Below are positions 46,543-56,409 of a DNA stretch of 64,000 nt, one piece after another; the first letter of the stretch is position 1; each line of letters opens with the position of its first letter. The position numbers and the translations under genes were made by a program. The stretch is from Prolixibacteraceae bacterium (GTDB lineage: Bacteria > Bacteroidota > Bacteroidia > Bacteroidales > Prolixibacteraceae): assembly GCA_028282195.1 (NCBI GenBank), contig JANQII010000148.1, positions 24,322 to 88,321 of the forward strand, read 5' to 3'. The notes under the pieces are model-generated. The model was not told where the DNA came from. It searched no databases and worked only from the letters and a program-made list of their open reading frames with translations.

Positions 46543-48183
46543 ATGAGTAGACGCTTTTTTACATTTTTGGTGATTTTGATGGGGCTTTCAATTTTGGGAG
46601 TAATTGCTGTGCAGTTGGTTTGGATGAAAAATGCCATCAAAGTAAAGAATGAGCTTTTTAACAGAAGTGTAAATGAAGCCCTCAATCAAACAGCTCACCG
46701 TATCGAGCTTAAAAAGGATATCGATATTATTACAGGCTTTCCGTCTTTACATGCTACACAATGGGTAACTAAACCACCCACTGTAGTACCCCCCAGACAT
46801 CCTGTAAAAATTATTAAAGAGCATAAAAGCCCCGGTAGTTATCGGTTTGAAGTCAAAGTGGAGGACGAACATGATGACGATGTTGATGTTTATGCTTTTG
46901 CAAGTGTTATTGATGAAGACTTTGAGCACGAAATACACATTGATCATGATACCATTCATACGACAACTGATATAATTTTATCGTCCAGTGAATTTCATCT
47001 TGACTCCATTGAACAACTAATTGATTCTATTGTAGAGGTCTCTCCAGTAGAAATTTTACCACATATCCAGGAACGGGTCCAAATAAAAACCAGGAAACTG
47101 AGAAACCTTACCCACCAGGTGGTATCAGAAATTTCAACCGGGGATACTGACAGCCTGGACATGGAAGAAATTAAGGAAACTGTACAAGCTGAATTGAATA
47201 ACAGAAACATAACTATTGATTTTGAATTTGCGGTGCTAAACGATGATACAATCCAAGCCATTTCTAACGAAGTCGATAGTTTGAAATTAACAAACAGTCT
47301 TTACCAGGTTCGTTTGTTTCCTGATGCAATTTTCGACCAAAACAAAAAGCTGGCTTTATTCTTTCCTGGGCAAAACCAGTACATCTATCGCTCCGTTTCA
47401 TGGTTGTTATTTGCCTCATTCATTTTTTCAATGATTATCTTATTCACTTTTGCCCTAAGCATCTTTTTCATTTTAAAACAGAAGAAAATTTCTGAGATGA
47501 AATCCGACTTCATTAATAACATGACCCATGAATTCAAAACCCCGATTGCAACCATTTCAGTAGCTGCTGATTCCATTTCAAATGCCAAAGTAATTGGAAA
47601 TCCGGAACAGGTTAATTATTTCGTGGGAATGATCAAGAAAGAAAATACCCGGATGAATCGCCAGGTAGAAGATATTTTGACAATTGCACGGCTTGATAAA
47701 GAAGATTTTGAATTCCACTGGGAAACTGTCAATATCCACCAGCTAATTGAGGATGCAATTCAAAGTATTATTTTACAGGTTGAAAGAAGAGGTGGTCAGA
47801 TTGAAACAAAAACAGATGCAACAAACCCAATGGTGACAACCGATAAAAACCATTGTGCTAACCTGATTTACAACTTATTGGATAACGCCAATAAATATTC
47901 GCCTGGCAAACCACAAATATCAGTTGAAACAAAAAATACAGGAAAGGGAGTTAATATAAGTGTTAGTGATAAAGGGGTTGGCATGAATAAGCAGGTTCAG
48001 TCAAGAATTTTTGAACGCTTTTACAGGCAGAGTAGCGGGAATATTCACAACGTAAAAGGTTTTGGGCTTGGTTTAAGCTATGTAAAAGCAGTATTGGAAG
48101 CTAATCAAGGTAATATCAGCGTTCAGAGTGAAGTTGGAAAAGGTAGCCGGTTTGAAGTGTTTTTACCATTTTTAAGAGAATGA
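46543..48183 (+). CDS. Sensor histidine kinase
   Basis: Two TM helices flank an ectodomain of about 260 aa. H-box MTHEFKTPIATI, N-box NLLDNANKYS, G-box GFGLGLSYV. Confidence 0.9.
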   Translation: MSRRFFTFLVILMGLSILGVIAVQLVWMKNAIKVKNELFNRSVNEALNQTAHRIELKKDIDIITGFPSLHATQWVTKPPTVVPPRHPVKIIKEHKSPGSYRFEVKVEDEHDDDVDVYAFASVIDEDFEHEIHIDHDTIHTTTDIILSSSEFHLDSIEQLIDSIVEVSPVEILPHIQERVQIKTRKLRNLTHQVVSEISTGDTDSLDMEEIKETVQAELNNRNITIDFEFAVLNDDTIQAISNEVDSLKLTNSLYQVRLFPDAIFDQNKKLALFFPGQNQYIYRSVSWLLFASFIFSMIILFTFALSIFFILKQKKISEMKSDFINNMTHEFKTPIATISVAADSISNAKVIGNPEQVNYFVGMIKKENTRMNRQVEDILTIARLDKEDFEFHWETVNIHQLIEDAIQSIILQVERRGGQIETKTDATNPMVTTDKNHCANLIYNLLDNANKYSPGKPQISVETKNTGKGVNISVSDKGVGMNKQVQSRIFERFYRQSSGNIHNVKGFGLGLSYVKAVLEANQGNISVQSEVGKGSRFEVFLPFLRE

Positions 48184-48249
48184 GAAGATGAGATGATCCA
48201 GAACCTGGGATTAAGAATCAATGAATTTCGAATTGAAAAACTTAATATA

Positions 48250-48421
48250 CTTTGCGAAAACTTAGCGTTCTTGGCGGTTAAATATAATTTGGCTAGCTTG
48301 CTCAACCGCAAAGAATAATAAGACCCCGCTAAGCCCGCAAAAATGGTTTGGTTAAATGAAAATAAGTTATCAATAATCTTTGGGCACTTTGCGATAACTT
48401 AGCGTTTTAGCGGTTAAATAT
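48250..48421. repeat. Two direct repeats of about 35 nt, with inverted partial copies between them
   Basis: CTTTGCGAAAACTTAGCGTTCTTGGCGGTTAAATAT (48250-48285) and CTTTGCGATAACTTAGCGTTTTAGCGGTTAAATAT (48387-48421). Inverted words AACCGCA (48304), CGCTAAG (48327) and CCCGCAA (48334). Confidence 0.7.
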
Positions 48422-48429
48422 TTTAGTTA

Positions 48430-49122
48430 ATGAATAAGAAACCACATATTTTTTTAGTAGAAGATGACCTTAGCTTTGGTGCCGTTTTAAAATCATACCT
48501 TGAATTGAATGATTTTGAAGTTAGCTGGGTTGATGATGGCAAGCTGGCTTTTGATCGTTTTCGAAATGGAAAATTTGATATTTGCCTACTGGATGTCATG
48601 CTCCCAAACGTTGACGGTTTTACCATTGGAACCGAAATTCGTAAACTTGACAAAAAGATTCCTTTCATCTTTCTCACAGCAAAAACGTTAAAAGAAGATA
48701 TTCTTAAAGGCTTTAACATTGGAGCAGACGATTATGTAACCAAACCTTTTGACACTGAAGTACTCATCTGTAAGATAAAAGCCATTTTGAACAGGGATGG
48801 TCAAAACGCAGTGAACAAATCCGCCGAAAAGTATCAGCTTGGCAACTATGAATTTGATATCAAATTACGAACGATTAAAAAAAGTGATTCATTACAACAG
48901 TTATCCCCTAAAGAATCTGAACTGCTACAATTACTCTGTGACAATAAGAACGAACTGTTATCAAGAGAAGTTGCTTTAAAGAAGATTTGGGGTGACGATG
49001 GTTATTTCACTGCCCGAAGTATGGATGTATACATTACCAAACTACGTAAATACCTGGCTGATGATCCATCAATTGAAATAAAAAATATTCATGGTAGTGG
49101 TTTTCTTCTAAAAGTAGACTAA
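48430..49122 (+). CDS. OmpR-family response regulator
   Basis: Receiver domain (IFLVEDD, DICLLDVMLP, LTAK) plus a winged-helix C-terminus. Confidence 0.92.
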   Translation: MNKKPHIFLVEDDLSFGAVLKSYLELNDFEVSWVDDGKLAFDRFRNGKFDICLLDVMLPNVDGFTIGTEIRKLDKKIPFIFLTAKTLKEDILKGFNIGADDYVTKPFDTEVLICKIKAILNRDGQNAVNKSAEKYQLGNYEFDIKLRTIKKSDSLQQLSPKESELLQLLCDNKNELLSREVALKKIWGDDGYFTARSMDVYITKLRKYLADDPSIEIKNIHGSGFLLKVD

Positions 49123-49129
49123 ATTTTCA

Positions 49130-50281
49130 CTAGAAATTACTTTGTAAATACTTTTGGTAAGGCCATATTTTTATACTTTCAGAAAATGGGAACTCTTCCC
49201 CCTGATACAGCAAGAAACCTTCATCCAAATTCGATAATATTGATTCAATTGGTTTCACCATCATGGGTTTAAATGTAGAAGAGCTTTTAATTTCAATCAT
49301 TTTTTTATGAAGCCCATTTTCAATAATTAAATCTATTTCAACATGATTACTGGTCCTGTAAAAGTACATTTGAGAGTTTGTAGCAGAATGCAGAATCGAT
49401 TTTTTTATTTCAGAAACTACATAATTTTCAAAAATTGCACCTCCCAATGGCCCATTTACATACATCCCTTCATTCTGAATACCAGTTAAAGCTGAAACCA
49501 GGCCTGTATCATAAAAATAGATTTTATTCGATTTGATTATTCTTTTATTAAAATTCTTATAATATGGAGGAAGCAGGAAAATAATATATGAAGCTTCAAG
49601 AACTGAAACCCATCTTTTTACAGTGTTTACACCTATTCCTAAAGCATTTGCGAGTGAACTATAATTTATAATCTGAGAACAATTAGAAGCAAGCATTTTT
49701 ATCAATCTTCTAAAATCACTTAAGTTCCCAATATTTAACATACTTCTCACATCTTTCTCCAAATATGTTTCCAGATACGAATTATACCAAATTTCTGAAT
49801 TCTTATAATCATGTATTATTACTTCAGGATATGCTCCTTTAAACTGGGAAGAAATCAAATTAGCATATAAAACTTCTTTAAATTGAAAGGGTAATAATGT
49901 AAGCATACCGATACGACCAGCAAGGCTCTCGGTAATAGAAGCAATCATAGAAAACTGTGCTGACCCGGTTATCACAAATTTTCCATAATTCATTCGATCT
50001 TCATCTACGATCCGTTTTATGTAATGAAATAAATCAGGTACTTTTTGAATTTCATCAAAAACAACTTTATCGCTAAACTCAGATATAAATCTCTCAGGAT
50101 CTTCATTAAACAAATTCACATATCTGAAATCGTCAAATGTTACGTACTTAAAAGAATCTTTTAATACGTTTTTTAACAAAGTTGTTTTACCCGATTGACG
50201 AGGCCCTGTTATTGCTACAACTGGAAACGTTTTTAGGTAAAGTTTTAGTTTATCTTCAACAATTCGGCTAATATATTTCAT
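49130..50281 (-). CDS. AAA-type ATPase with a DUF4143-like C-terminal domain
   Basis: Walker A ITGPRQSGKTT, Walker B VVFDEIQ. AT-rich. Confidence 0.8.
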   Translation of the reverse strand: MKYISRIVEDKLKLYLKTFPVVAITGPRQSGKTTLLKNVLKDSFKYVTFDDFRYVNLFNEDPERFISEFSDKVVFDEIQKVPDLFHYIKRIVDEDRMNYGKFVITGSAQFSMIASITESLAGRIGMLTLLPFQFKEVLYANLISSQFKGAYPEVIIHDYKNSEIWYNSYLETYLEKDVRSMLNIGNLSDFRRLIKMLASNCSQIINYSSLANALGIGVNTVKRWVSVLEASYIIFLLPPYYKNFNKRIIKSNKIYFYDTGLVSALTGIQNEGMYVNGPLGGAIFENYVVSEIKKSILHSATNSQMYFYRTSNHVEIDLIIENGLHKKMIEIKSSSTFKPMMVKPIESILSNLDEGFLLYQGEEFPFSESIKIWPYQKYLQSNF

Positions 50282-50394
50282 GCATATCGTCCTTTCTATG
50301 GCAAATATACATATTTTGAAGAAAATAATATCATATAAAACTTAGTTCCTCTCTGCTTTTTGCTAACTTTAGGGGAACCTCAAAAGCTTGGAAA

Positions 50395-51108
50395 ATGGAT
50401 TCAACAAAGAAGACAGCAGTTATAACCGGTGCCAGCCGAGGAATTGGGAAAGCTTGCGCATTGGGTCTTGCAGAGCTTGGCTACCATTGTATTCTAATTT
50501 CCAGAAGCCTGGAATTACTTGAAGAAGTTGCTCAGCAAATACATAGAAATGGTGGGGAATCATCACTATTTGCGGTTGATCTCACAAAAGAATCTGAGCT
50601 ATTGGAATGTATCCAAAAGATCAAACAACACTATTCCGCAATTGATGTCCTGGTAAATAATGCAGGGATGTATATTGGCGGAAACCTTCAAATGGAAACG
50701 GATGATTTTCGCCTACAAATGGAATTGAACCTGATGGCCAATTTCAACTTGTTAAAAGAAGTTGTGCCAATTATGAAAGCCCAGAAATCAGGCTACATTT
50801 TTAATATTGCTTCACGGGCAGGAAAGATTGGATTTTCAAATAGTGGTGCTTATTCTGCATCTAAATTTGGACTGGTTGGCTTAAGCGAGTCCCTTTACCG
50901 CGAACTTGCAGAGTTTGGTATTTTTGTGACTGCAATTTGCCCGGGTTGGGTTGCTACTGAAATGGCCGACACAGCAGGAAGTCCGCTGGCTAATGATGAA
51001 ATGATTCAACCGGAAGATATTTATAAAACCATGAAATTTTTACTTGAGCTAGCGCCAAATACCCGTATTAAAGAAATTATTATTGAAGCCCGGGAAAGTA
51101 TTTCGTAA
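50395..51108 (+). CDS. Short-chain dehydrogenase/reductase
   Basis: TGASRGIGKA, NNAG, YSASKFG. Confidence 0.88.
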   Translation: MDSTKKTAVITGASRGIGKACALGLAELGYHCILISRSLELLEEVAQQIHRNGGESSLFAVDLTKESELLECIQKIKQHYSAIDVLVNNAGMYIGGNLQMETDDFRLQMELNLMANFNLLKEVVPIMKAQKSGYIFNIASRAGKIGFSNSGAYSASKFGLVGLSESLYRELAEFGIFVTAICPGWVATEMADTAGSPLANDEMIQPEDIYKTMKFLLELAPNTRIKEIIIEARESIS

Positions 51109-51553
51109 GCATAATCGTACAACGGAATTTAGAGGATAACCCACAAACTTCAGCCCGTTTCACCCCAGGATAGCTTCATCATCTGATGGAAGATTGCCTT
51201 TTTTAGAACAAATTCCCTCTGTTCTCCAAGGCTTTAAGTAATTCATTAGATATATAGGGATATTTTATGAAACCACAACTATTTTAATAAATGCTTATGC
51301 TGTTTCACTTGAGGTTATGAACCCTGACAAGGACTATCAGAACCTTGTCCAGCCTGTAGGGAAGAAATCCACTAAAGAACAATTCTCTGTTCCCTCTGGA
51401 GAAAAAATGGATTGGGGAGAAGGTGAAACAGTTCTCGGTTTCTAATACCAAAAAAGTATATTCAGCCCAAGGTTTTTTCAGAAGTATATAAAAATATTTT
51501 TAAAGATATAGAAAATATATATTTTTGTAGTAGAAGTTGATATATTAAGAGTG

Positions 51554-51709
51554 ATGAATACCAAAGAACATAAAAAATACCAAGAAGATTTTAGTAAGTT
51601 CGTAAAGACATTATTAGAATCCAAAGAAAAGACAGAAAAGTTTCTTGTGCGTTCAGGAATCCATGATAAGGAAGGGACTCTTAACAAACCATACATAACT
51701 TCTAGTTAG
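51554..51709 (+). CDS. Small ORF (51 aa) coupled to the following gene
   Basis: MNTKEHKKYQEDFSKFVKTLLESKEKTEKFLVRSGIHDKEGTLNKPYITSS. The stop lies 2 nt before the next ATG. Not in the supplied track because it is under 60 aa. Confidence 0.35.
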   Translation: MNTKEHKKYQEDFSKFVKTLLESKEKTEKFLVRSGIHDKEGTLNKPYITSS

Positions 51710-51711
51710 AA

Positions 51712-52335
51712 ATGTACTCCAAAAGAGCAGGGTTAATCCTGGGTTTTCATGGATGTGATAAATCATTAAGAGATAAAGTAGTAACCCAAACGATCTCAAA
51801 TCTAAAGCCCAGTGTTAATGACTATGATTGGCTGGGGAATGGTGTATATTTTTGGGAAAACAGCTATGAAAGAGCATTGCAATATGCTAAAGACCTAAAA
51901 AAAAATCCTCACAAAAGTACTTCAAATATTACAAGCCCCTCAGTACTTGGTGCTGTAATAGATTTGGGATATTGCCTCGATTTACTTGATTCTGAATATC
52001 TAAATCTATTAAGAGTTGGGTATGATTTTATAAAATCTTTAGAAAAAGAGTATGGCCTACCAATACCTGAAAATAAACCTATTGGGAAACAACAGGACTT
52101 ACTAATTAGAAAACTGGACTGTGCTGTTATTGAAACGATCCATCAATTTAATAAGGAATTCGAAGATCAACAAGAATTTGATTCCGTTAGAGGTGTATTC
52201 TTTGAAGGAAAGGAATTATACCCTAATGCTGGCTTTAAAGAAAAAAACCATATTCAGATCGCAATAAGAAATCCAAATTGCATTAAGGGTTATTTTATCC
52301 CAAGAGAAAGAGATGAAAAATATTCAAAGCCTTAA
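51712..52335 (+). CDS. Hypothetical protein with a DUF3990/ADP-ribosyltransferase-like motif pattern
   Basis: 207 aa. LILGFHGC...(about 25 aa)...YDWLGNGVYFWENSYERALQYA resembles the hYHGS...DFGxGFYLT..QA..WA opening of DUF3990 as I remember it. The function call is tentative. Confidence 0.4.
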   Translation: MYSKRAGLILGFHGCDKSLRDKVVTQTISNLKPSVNDYDWLGNGVYFWENSYERALQYAKDLKKNPHKSTSNITSPSVLGAVIDLGYCLDLLDSEYLNLLRVGYDFIKSLEKEYGLPIPENKPIGKQQDLLIRKLDCAVIETIHQFNKEFEDQQEFDSVRGVFFEGKELYPNAGFKEKNHIQIAIRNPNCIKGYFIPRERDEKYSKP

Positions 52336-52742
52336 AAATTAATCATTTATACTGATGTGTTCTTTTTACGTAGATTGATACCACTCCGCCCTAATCCCTG
52401 CATAGCACTTCTGTAGACTTTTTTGTTTTTCCGGGAATGGATACTCAGCCCGTATAACCTAATTTTACCGACAATATAAAACCAGGCAACATGGCTGCAA
52501 ATCTTGACCAGGTTAAAGTTTATCTACAAAAGAATTTCAAAAAGTTGAAGGAATATATAATTACCGATTCCGTTATGTATGTTTGGGTTAATAAAAGTTT
52601 GGAATTAAATTATGGTTAAACAATATTACTTTTTGTTTAATTCCAACAGGTCTATGACGCTATCGGGTCAACGAATCATCCATAAAGATGCCTTTGATTT
52701 GAGACTACTGAAAAATTTTCTTCATTTGACTAAATCAAAAAT

Positions 52743-53741
52743 CTAAACATCTGGATGATAACCAGATGCATTTAAAATCCCGAGGTAATCTTCATTTTCC
52801 AGAAGTTCCTTCAAAGTTATTTTGGGGTTCTTCTTCATATATGCTTTAACAATTTGCCAGCCCAACCAAACTCCAACGCGTCCCGGCGAGTCTGAGGTAA
52901 AACCAGACGTGTATGGCCCATCGTCAACATATCTTTTAATGTCCATTCGTTTTGTTGAAAAGAGCATTTTATGCTCAGCCAGATAGGTCCACATTCCTTG
53001 TTCACTGTCCTTACAGAACTCAAGTTGTTCTGCCGAATATCCTATTTTAATGGTATCTGCCAAATCAGGCATCATTGCATCCAAAAAATACATAAGCTTC
53101 CCTTTGTAAACCATGTGCTCTATCAGCTTATCGGCTTCTGGCTTAATTGGATAGTCGGTAAGTGCCCATGCAAACAAAGCATCGGGAACGATTTTCCCGG
53201 GATGCATATTCTTTACCTTATATTTTGCAATCCCTAATTGAGGATAATATTCATTGTCCCCAAGATATTTGTCCAAACTAATACCTATCAAATTTTCTGA
53301 AACGACAATGGACTGGTTAAACCCACTCACACAAGTATATATGTTGGGAATCTTCTTTTCGGGAAAATAATGTTTGTAATGCTTAAAGGCTTTTTCAAAA
53401 TCCTGTTTTAGTTGGGTTTTATCAATTAATACATCAGCTTGTTTTTTTACATTAATAATTACTGAATCTTCAATAAAAGACTGAAGTTTCTCAAAAGGCC
53501 CCGGGTTATCAACATCTCCAACACGAATCATTTGTTGTGTAAAAATCCTGAAGAACTCATCATAGCCAGATTGAATATCAGGAAGTTTCTGACTTAAATC
53601 TTCTTTTGCAGCAAATAATTCATCATCAAGACATTTAAATTGAAAATCCACTTCAACATTTGAAGTATTAATTTTCAACGGATTTCTTTGACAAGAAACT
53701 ACTGACCCAATTAAAAATAGTAGAAAAACAGCTTTTTTCAT
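52743..53741 (-). CDS. gldB: GldB-like lipoprotein
   Basis: Lipobox LIGSVVSC. The block KHYKHYFPEKKIPNIYTCVSGFNQSIVVSENLIGISLDKYLG matches the GldB pattern I recall. Adjacent to nadE. Confidence 0.6.
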   Translation of the reverse strand: MKKAVFLLFLIGSVVSCQRNPLKINTSNVEVDFQFKCLDDELFAAKEDLSQKLPDIQSGYDEFFRIFTQQMIRVGDVDNPGPFEKLQSFIEDSVIINVKKQADVLIDKTQLKQDFEKAFKHYKHYFPEKKIPNIYTCVSGFNQSIVVSENLIGISLDKYLGDNEYYPQLGIAKYKVKNMHPGKIVPDALFAWALTDYPIKPEADKLIEHMVYKGKLMYFLDAMMPDLADTIKIGYSAEQLEFCKDSEQGMWTYLAEHKMLFSTKRMDIKRYVDDGPYTSGFTSDSPGRVGVWLGWQIVKAYMKKNPKITLKELLENEDYLGILNASGYHPDV

Positions 53742-53865
53742 GTTTATAAAATTTAAAAATCAGACGATCACAAATCCGATTTATTGCCTATTTAAAAATA
53801 AAATTCGAGATTTGTTGATACAAAACTACATGAAACAACCGTTCAATAAACAGAAAATTTTAGCC

Positions 53866-54528
53866 ATGAAAAAAATAATTTGTTTATCAATTCTATTCAG
53901 TATTGCTATAGCGTCTTTTGCACAACGTGCAGTTCAAATGTCGTTTACTGCCAGTCCATCCATTAACTGGTTGTCATCGGATCAAAAGGAAGTTAACAGA
54001 GACGGAGTAGTTGCCGGGTTCGATTTCGGTGTTAATGCTGATATTTTCTTTGATGAAGAAGAGAAGTACGCTTTTTCAACAGGATTATTAATCACAAACG
54101 CTGGAGGAAAATACAACTACTTTACTACCGAACCTTTTGAGTTTGCTGGCGAAACGTTGGATGCCGGAACTCAAATCAGATACCGGTTACAGTATGTTGA
54201 AGTACCCCTTACCATAAAATTAAAAACCAGCCCGTTTCGCAGATGGTTATATTGGGGGCAATTCGGCCTTTCAGGCTTTGTAAATGTTCGGGCCAGAGGA
54301 GACAGTGACGAAGGAACACTTGACAAGACCAATATCAACGAAGAAGTTAATTTGTTCAATATTGCGATGAATATAGGTATTGGCTCTGAGTTTGATCTCG
54401 GTGGCAACAATGCCATCTCGTTAGGATTAATTTACAAAAACGGTTTTTTGGATGTAACTGACGATCGTGTTTTTGATGAAAGATCAACTTTGAATTCATT
54501 AGTTTTTAAGCTTGGTCTTGTTTTCTAG
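53866..54528 (+). CDS. Small outer-membrane beta-barrel protein (PorT/OmpA-membrane-like)
   Basis: Signal peptide MKKIICLSILFSIAIASFAQ, alternating beta-strand pattern, C-terminal ...FKLGLVF. The upstream extension to 53740 was rejected. Confidence 0.7.
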   Translation: MKKIICLSILFSIAIASFAQRAVQMSFTASPSINWLSSDQKEVNRDGVVAGFDFGVNADIFFDEEEKYAFSTGLLITNAGGKYNYFTTEPFEFAGETLDAGTQIRYRLQYVEVPLTIKLKTSPFRRWLYWGQFGLSGFVNVRARGDSDEGTLDKTNINEEVNLFNIAMNIGIGSEFDLGGNNAISLGLIYKNGFLDVTDDRVFDERSTLNSLVFKLGLVF

Positions 54529-54617
54529 TTCTAATCATCGGTTTTAAATTCTTTTTCAACTATTTTTGCCTCACAAAACAGAGGATAAATTCAGCTTGAA
54601 CACTAAAAGGTTTTAAA

Positions 54618-56261
54618 ATGAAGGTTGCACTCGCACAACTAAACTACCACATTGGCAATTTCGAAGAAAATACCCAAAAAATTATAGATGCTATTCAAAA
54701 GGCAGAAAAAGAAGGTGCTGAATTAGTCGTGTTCTCCGAGTTAGCCGTAACCGGCTATTACCCTCAAGATCTTCTTGAACGAAAAGAATTTATAGAAAAG
54801 GCCGAAAATGCTATTCAAAAAATTGCTTCCCGGTGCACAAAGATTACAGCTTTAGTTGGCGGTCCCAGTATTAACACAGGCAGCAAAGGTAAAAAGCTAT
54901 TCAATTCAGCCTGGTTTTTAAACAACGGTAAAGTTGAAGATATCAAACACAAATCGCTACTCCCAACTTATGACATTTTCGACGAATACCGTCATTTTGA
55001 ACCAAATCGTCAATTTAATATACTTGAATTGAATGGGAAAAAACTTGCCATAACCATTTGTGAAGATTTATGGGATGAGCAGCCTACACAAAATGAATTT
55101 GGGAAAGATAAACTTTACACAAGGTCACCTCTTGAAGAGCTAAGCAAATTGAACCCTGACCTGGTTATTAACCTCTCTGCTTCGCCATTCTCATATAATC
55201 AAGAGGATTGGCGAAAGAATATTCTAATAAATAAGGCCAAAAAATATCAACTCCCAATTGTATACGTCAATCAGGTTGGGGCCAATACTGAAATCGTTTT
55301 TGATGGCGGTTCATTTTTCCTTCAAAAAGAGGGAAACATCCCTGTTGAACTGGCCTATTTTGAAGAAGATTTTCAAGTAGTTGATACCGATAATCCGATA
55401 ACAAAAAAACAAGAACAAAAAGATTACATTGCCAAAATTCATCAGGCTTTAATTCTTGGAATCCGTGATTATTTTGGAAAGATGGGTTTCAAAAAAGCTG
55501 TTCTTGGATTATCAGGTGGAATTGATTCAGCCCTGGTTTGTGCTTTGGCTGTTGAAGCACTTGGGAGTGATCATGTCCGTGGTCTGTTAATGCCTTCTCA
55601 ATACTCATCTGACCACAGCATTGCTGATGCCATAGAATTAGCTAAAAATTTAGGAATACAGCACGACACGATCCCTATTCAAAATATGGTCGACGAGTTT
55701 GAAAGCCAGTTAAACCCTCTTTTTAAAAACCTTCCGGCAGGTGTAACCGAAGAAAATATTCAGGCAAGGACCCGCGGAATTTTAGTAATGGCCATTTCAA
55801 ACAAATTCGGGAACATTCTTCTGAATACGACTAACAAAAGTGAATGTGCTGTTGGCTACGGAACGCTTTACGGAGATATGAACGGAGGTTTGTCTGTTTT
55901 AGGGGATGTTTATAAAACCGATGTTTTCAAGCTTTCAAGATACATTAACCGAAACAACGAGCTTATCCCTGAAAACAGTATAATTAAACCTCCTTCTGCG
56001 GAACTTCGCCCTGATCAAAAAGACACTGATTCTCTTCCTGGTTACGATGTTCTTGATAGTATACTTTTCAAGTATATTGAGCTAAATCAATCTCCAAAAG
56101 AAATTATTGAACAGGGATTTGGGAAAGAAATGGTACGGAAAGTTGTTCGGTTGGTAAACCAAAATGAGTATAAACGGTTTCAAGCCCCTCCAATTTTAAG
56201 GGTAAGCTCAAAAGCTTTTGGTTTTGGAAGAAACATACCCCTTGTTGCACGTTATGATTAA
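54618..56261 (+). CDS. nadE: Glutamine-dependent NAD+ synthetase
   Basis: N-terminal nitrilase-like domain (ITICEDLW) and PP-loop GLSGGIDS. Confidence 0.93.
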   Translation: MKVALAQLNYHIGNFEENTQKIIDAIQKAEKEGAELVVFSELAVTGYYPQDLLERKEFIEKAENAIQKIASRCTKITALVGGPSINTGSKGKKLFNSAWFLNNGKVEDIKHKSLLPTYDIFDEYRHFEPNRQFNILELNGKKLAITICEDLWDEQPTQNEFGKDKLYTRSPLEELSKLNPDLVINLSASPFSYNQEDWRKNILINKAKKYQLPIVYVNQVGANTEIVFDGGSFFLQKEGNIPVELAYFEEDFQVVDTDNPITKKQEQKDYIAKIHQALILGIRDYFGKMGFKKAVLGLSGGIDSALVCALAVEALGSDHVRGLLMPSQYSSDHSIADAIELAKNLGIQHDTIPIQNMVDEFESQLNPLFKNLPAGVTEENIQARTRGILVMAISNKFGNILLNTTNKSECAVGYGTLYGDMNGGLSVLGDVYKTDVFKLSRYINRNNELIPENSIIKPPSAELRPDQKDTDSLPGYDVLDSILFKYIELNQSPKEIIEQGFGKEMVRKVVRLVNQNEYKRFQAPPILRVSSKAFGFGRNIPLVARYD

Positions 56262-56409
56262 CTAAATTTAGGATCAATTAAGAGATTCACCCCCCCCATT
56301 TTTTAAAGTTATGCCATTCTCTTTTCAACCTTAAAATAAGTTTAAAAAACGTTTTTTATTTGTTAAAAATATATACCTTTGATGCTGTAAAACATATAAA
56401 TACAGATTT

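Noticed and set aside
51230-51450. Possible zinc-ribbon gene remnant (CLCC...EPCPAC in shifted frames) and a 42-aa ORF MNPDKDYQNLVQPVGKK...
   Set aside because: The frames are broken by several stops and the pieces are too short. It cannot be told apart from chance in AT-rich DNA.
51478-51696. 72-aa minus-strand ORF
   Set aside because: It is an isoleucine/phenylalanine-rich low-complexity translation. The plus strand holds a more plausible 51-aa ORF coupled to the next gene.
52491-52619. 42-aa ORF MAANLDQVKVYLQKNFKKLKEYIITDSVMYVWVNKSLELNYG
   Set aside because: It is isolated and short, with no motif and no coupling to a neighbour.
53740-53865. N-terminal extension of the beta-barrel protein ORF
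   Set aside because: The extension overlaps the gldB-like start codon and lacks a signal peptide. The internal Met at 53866 gives a canonical signal peptide.
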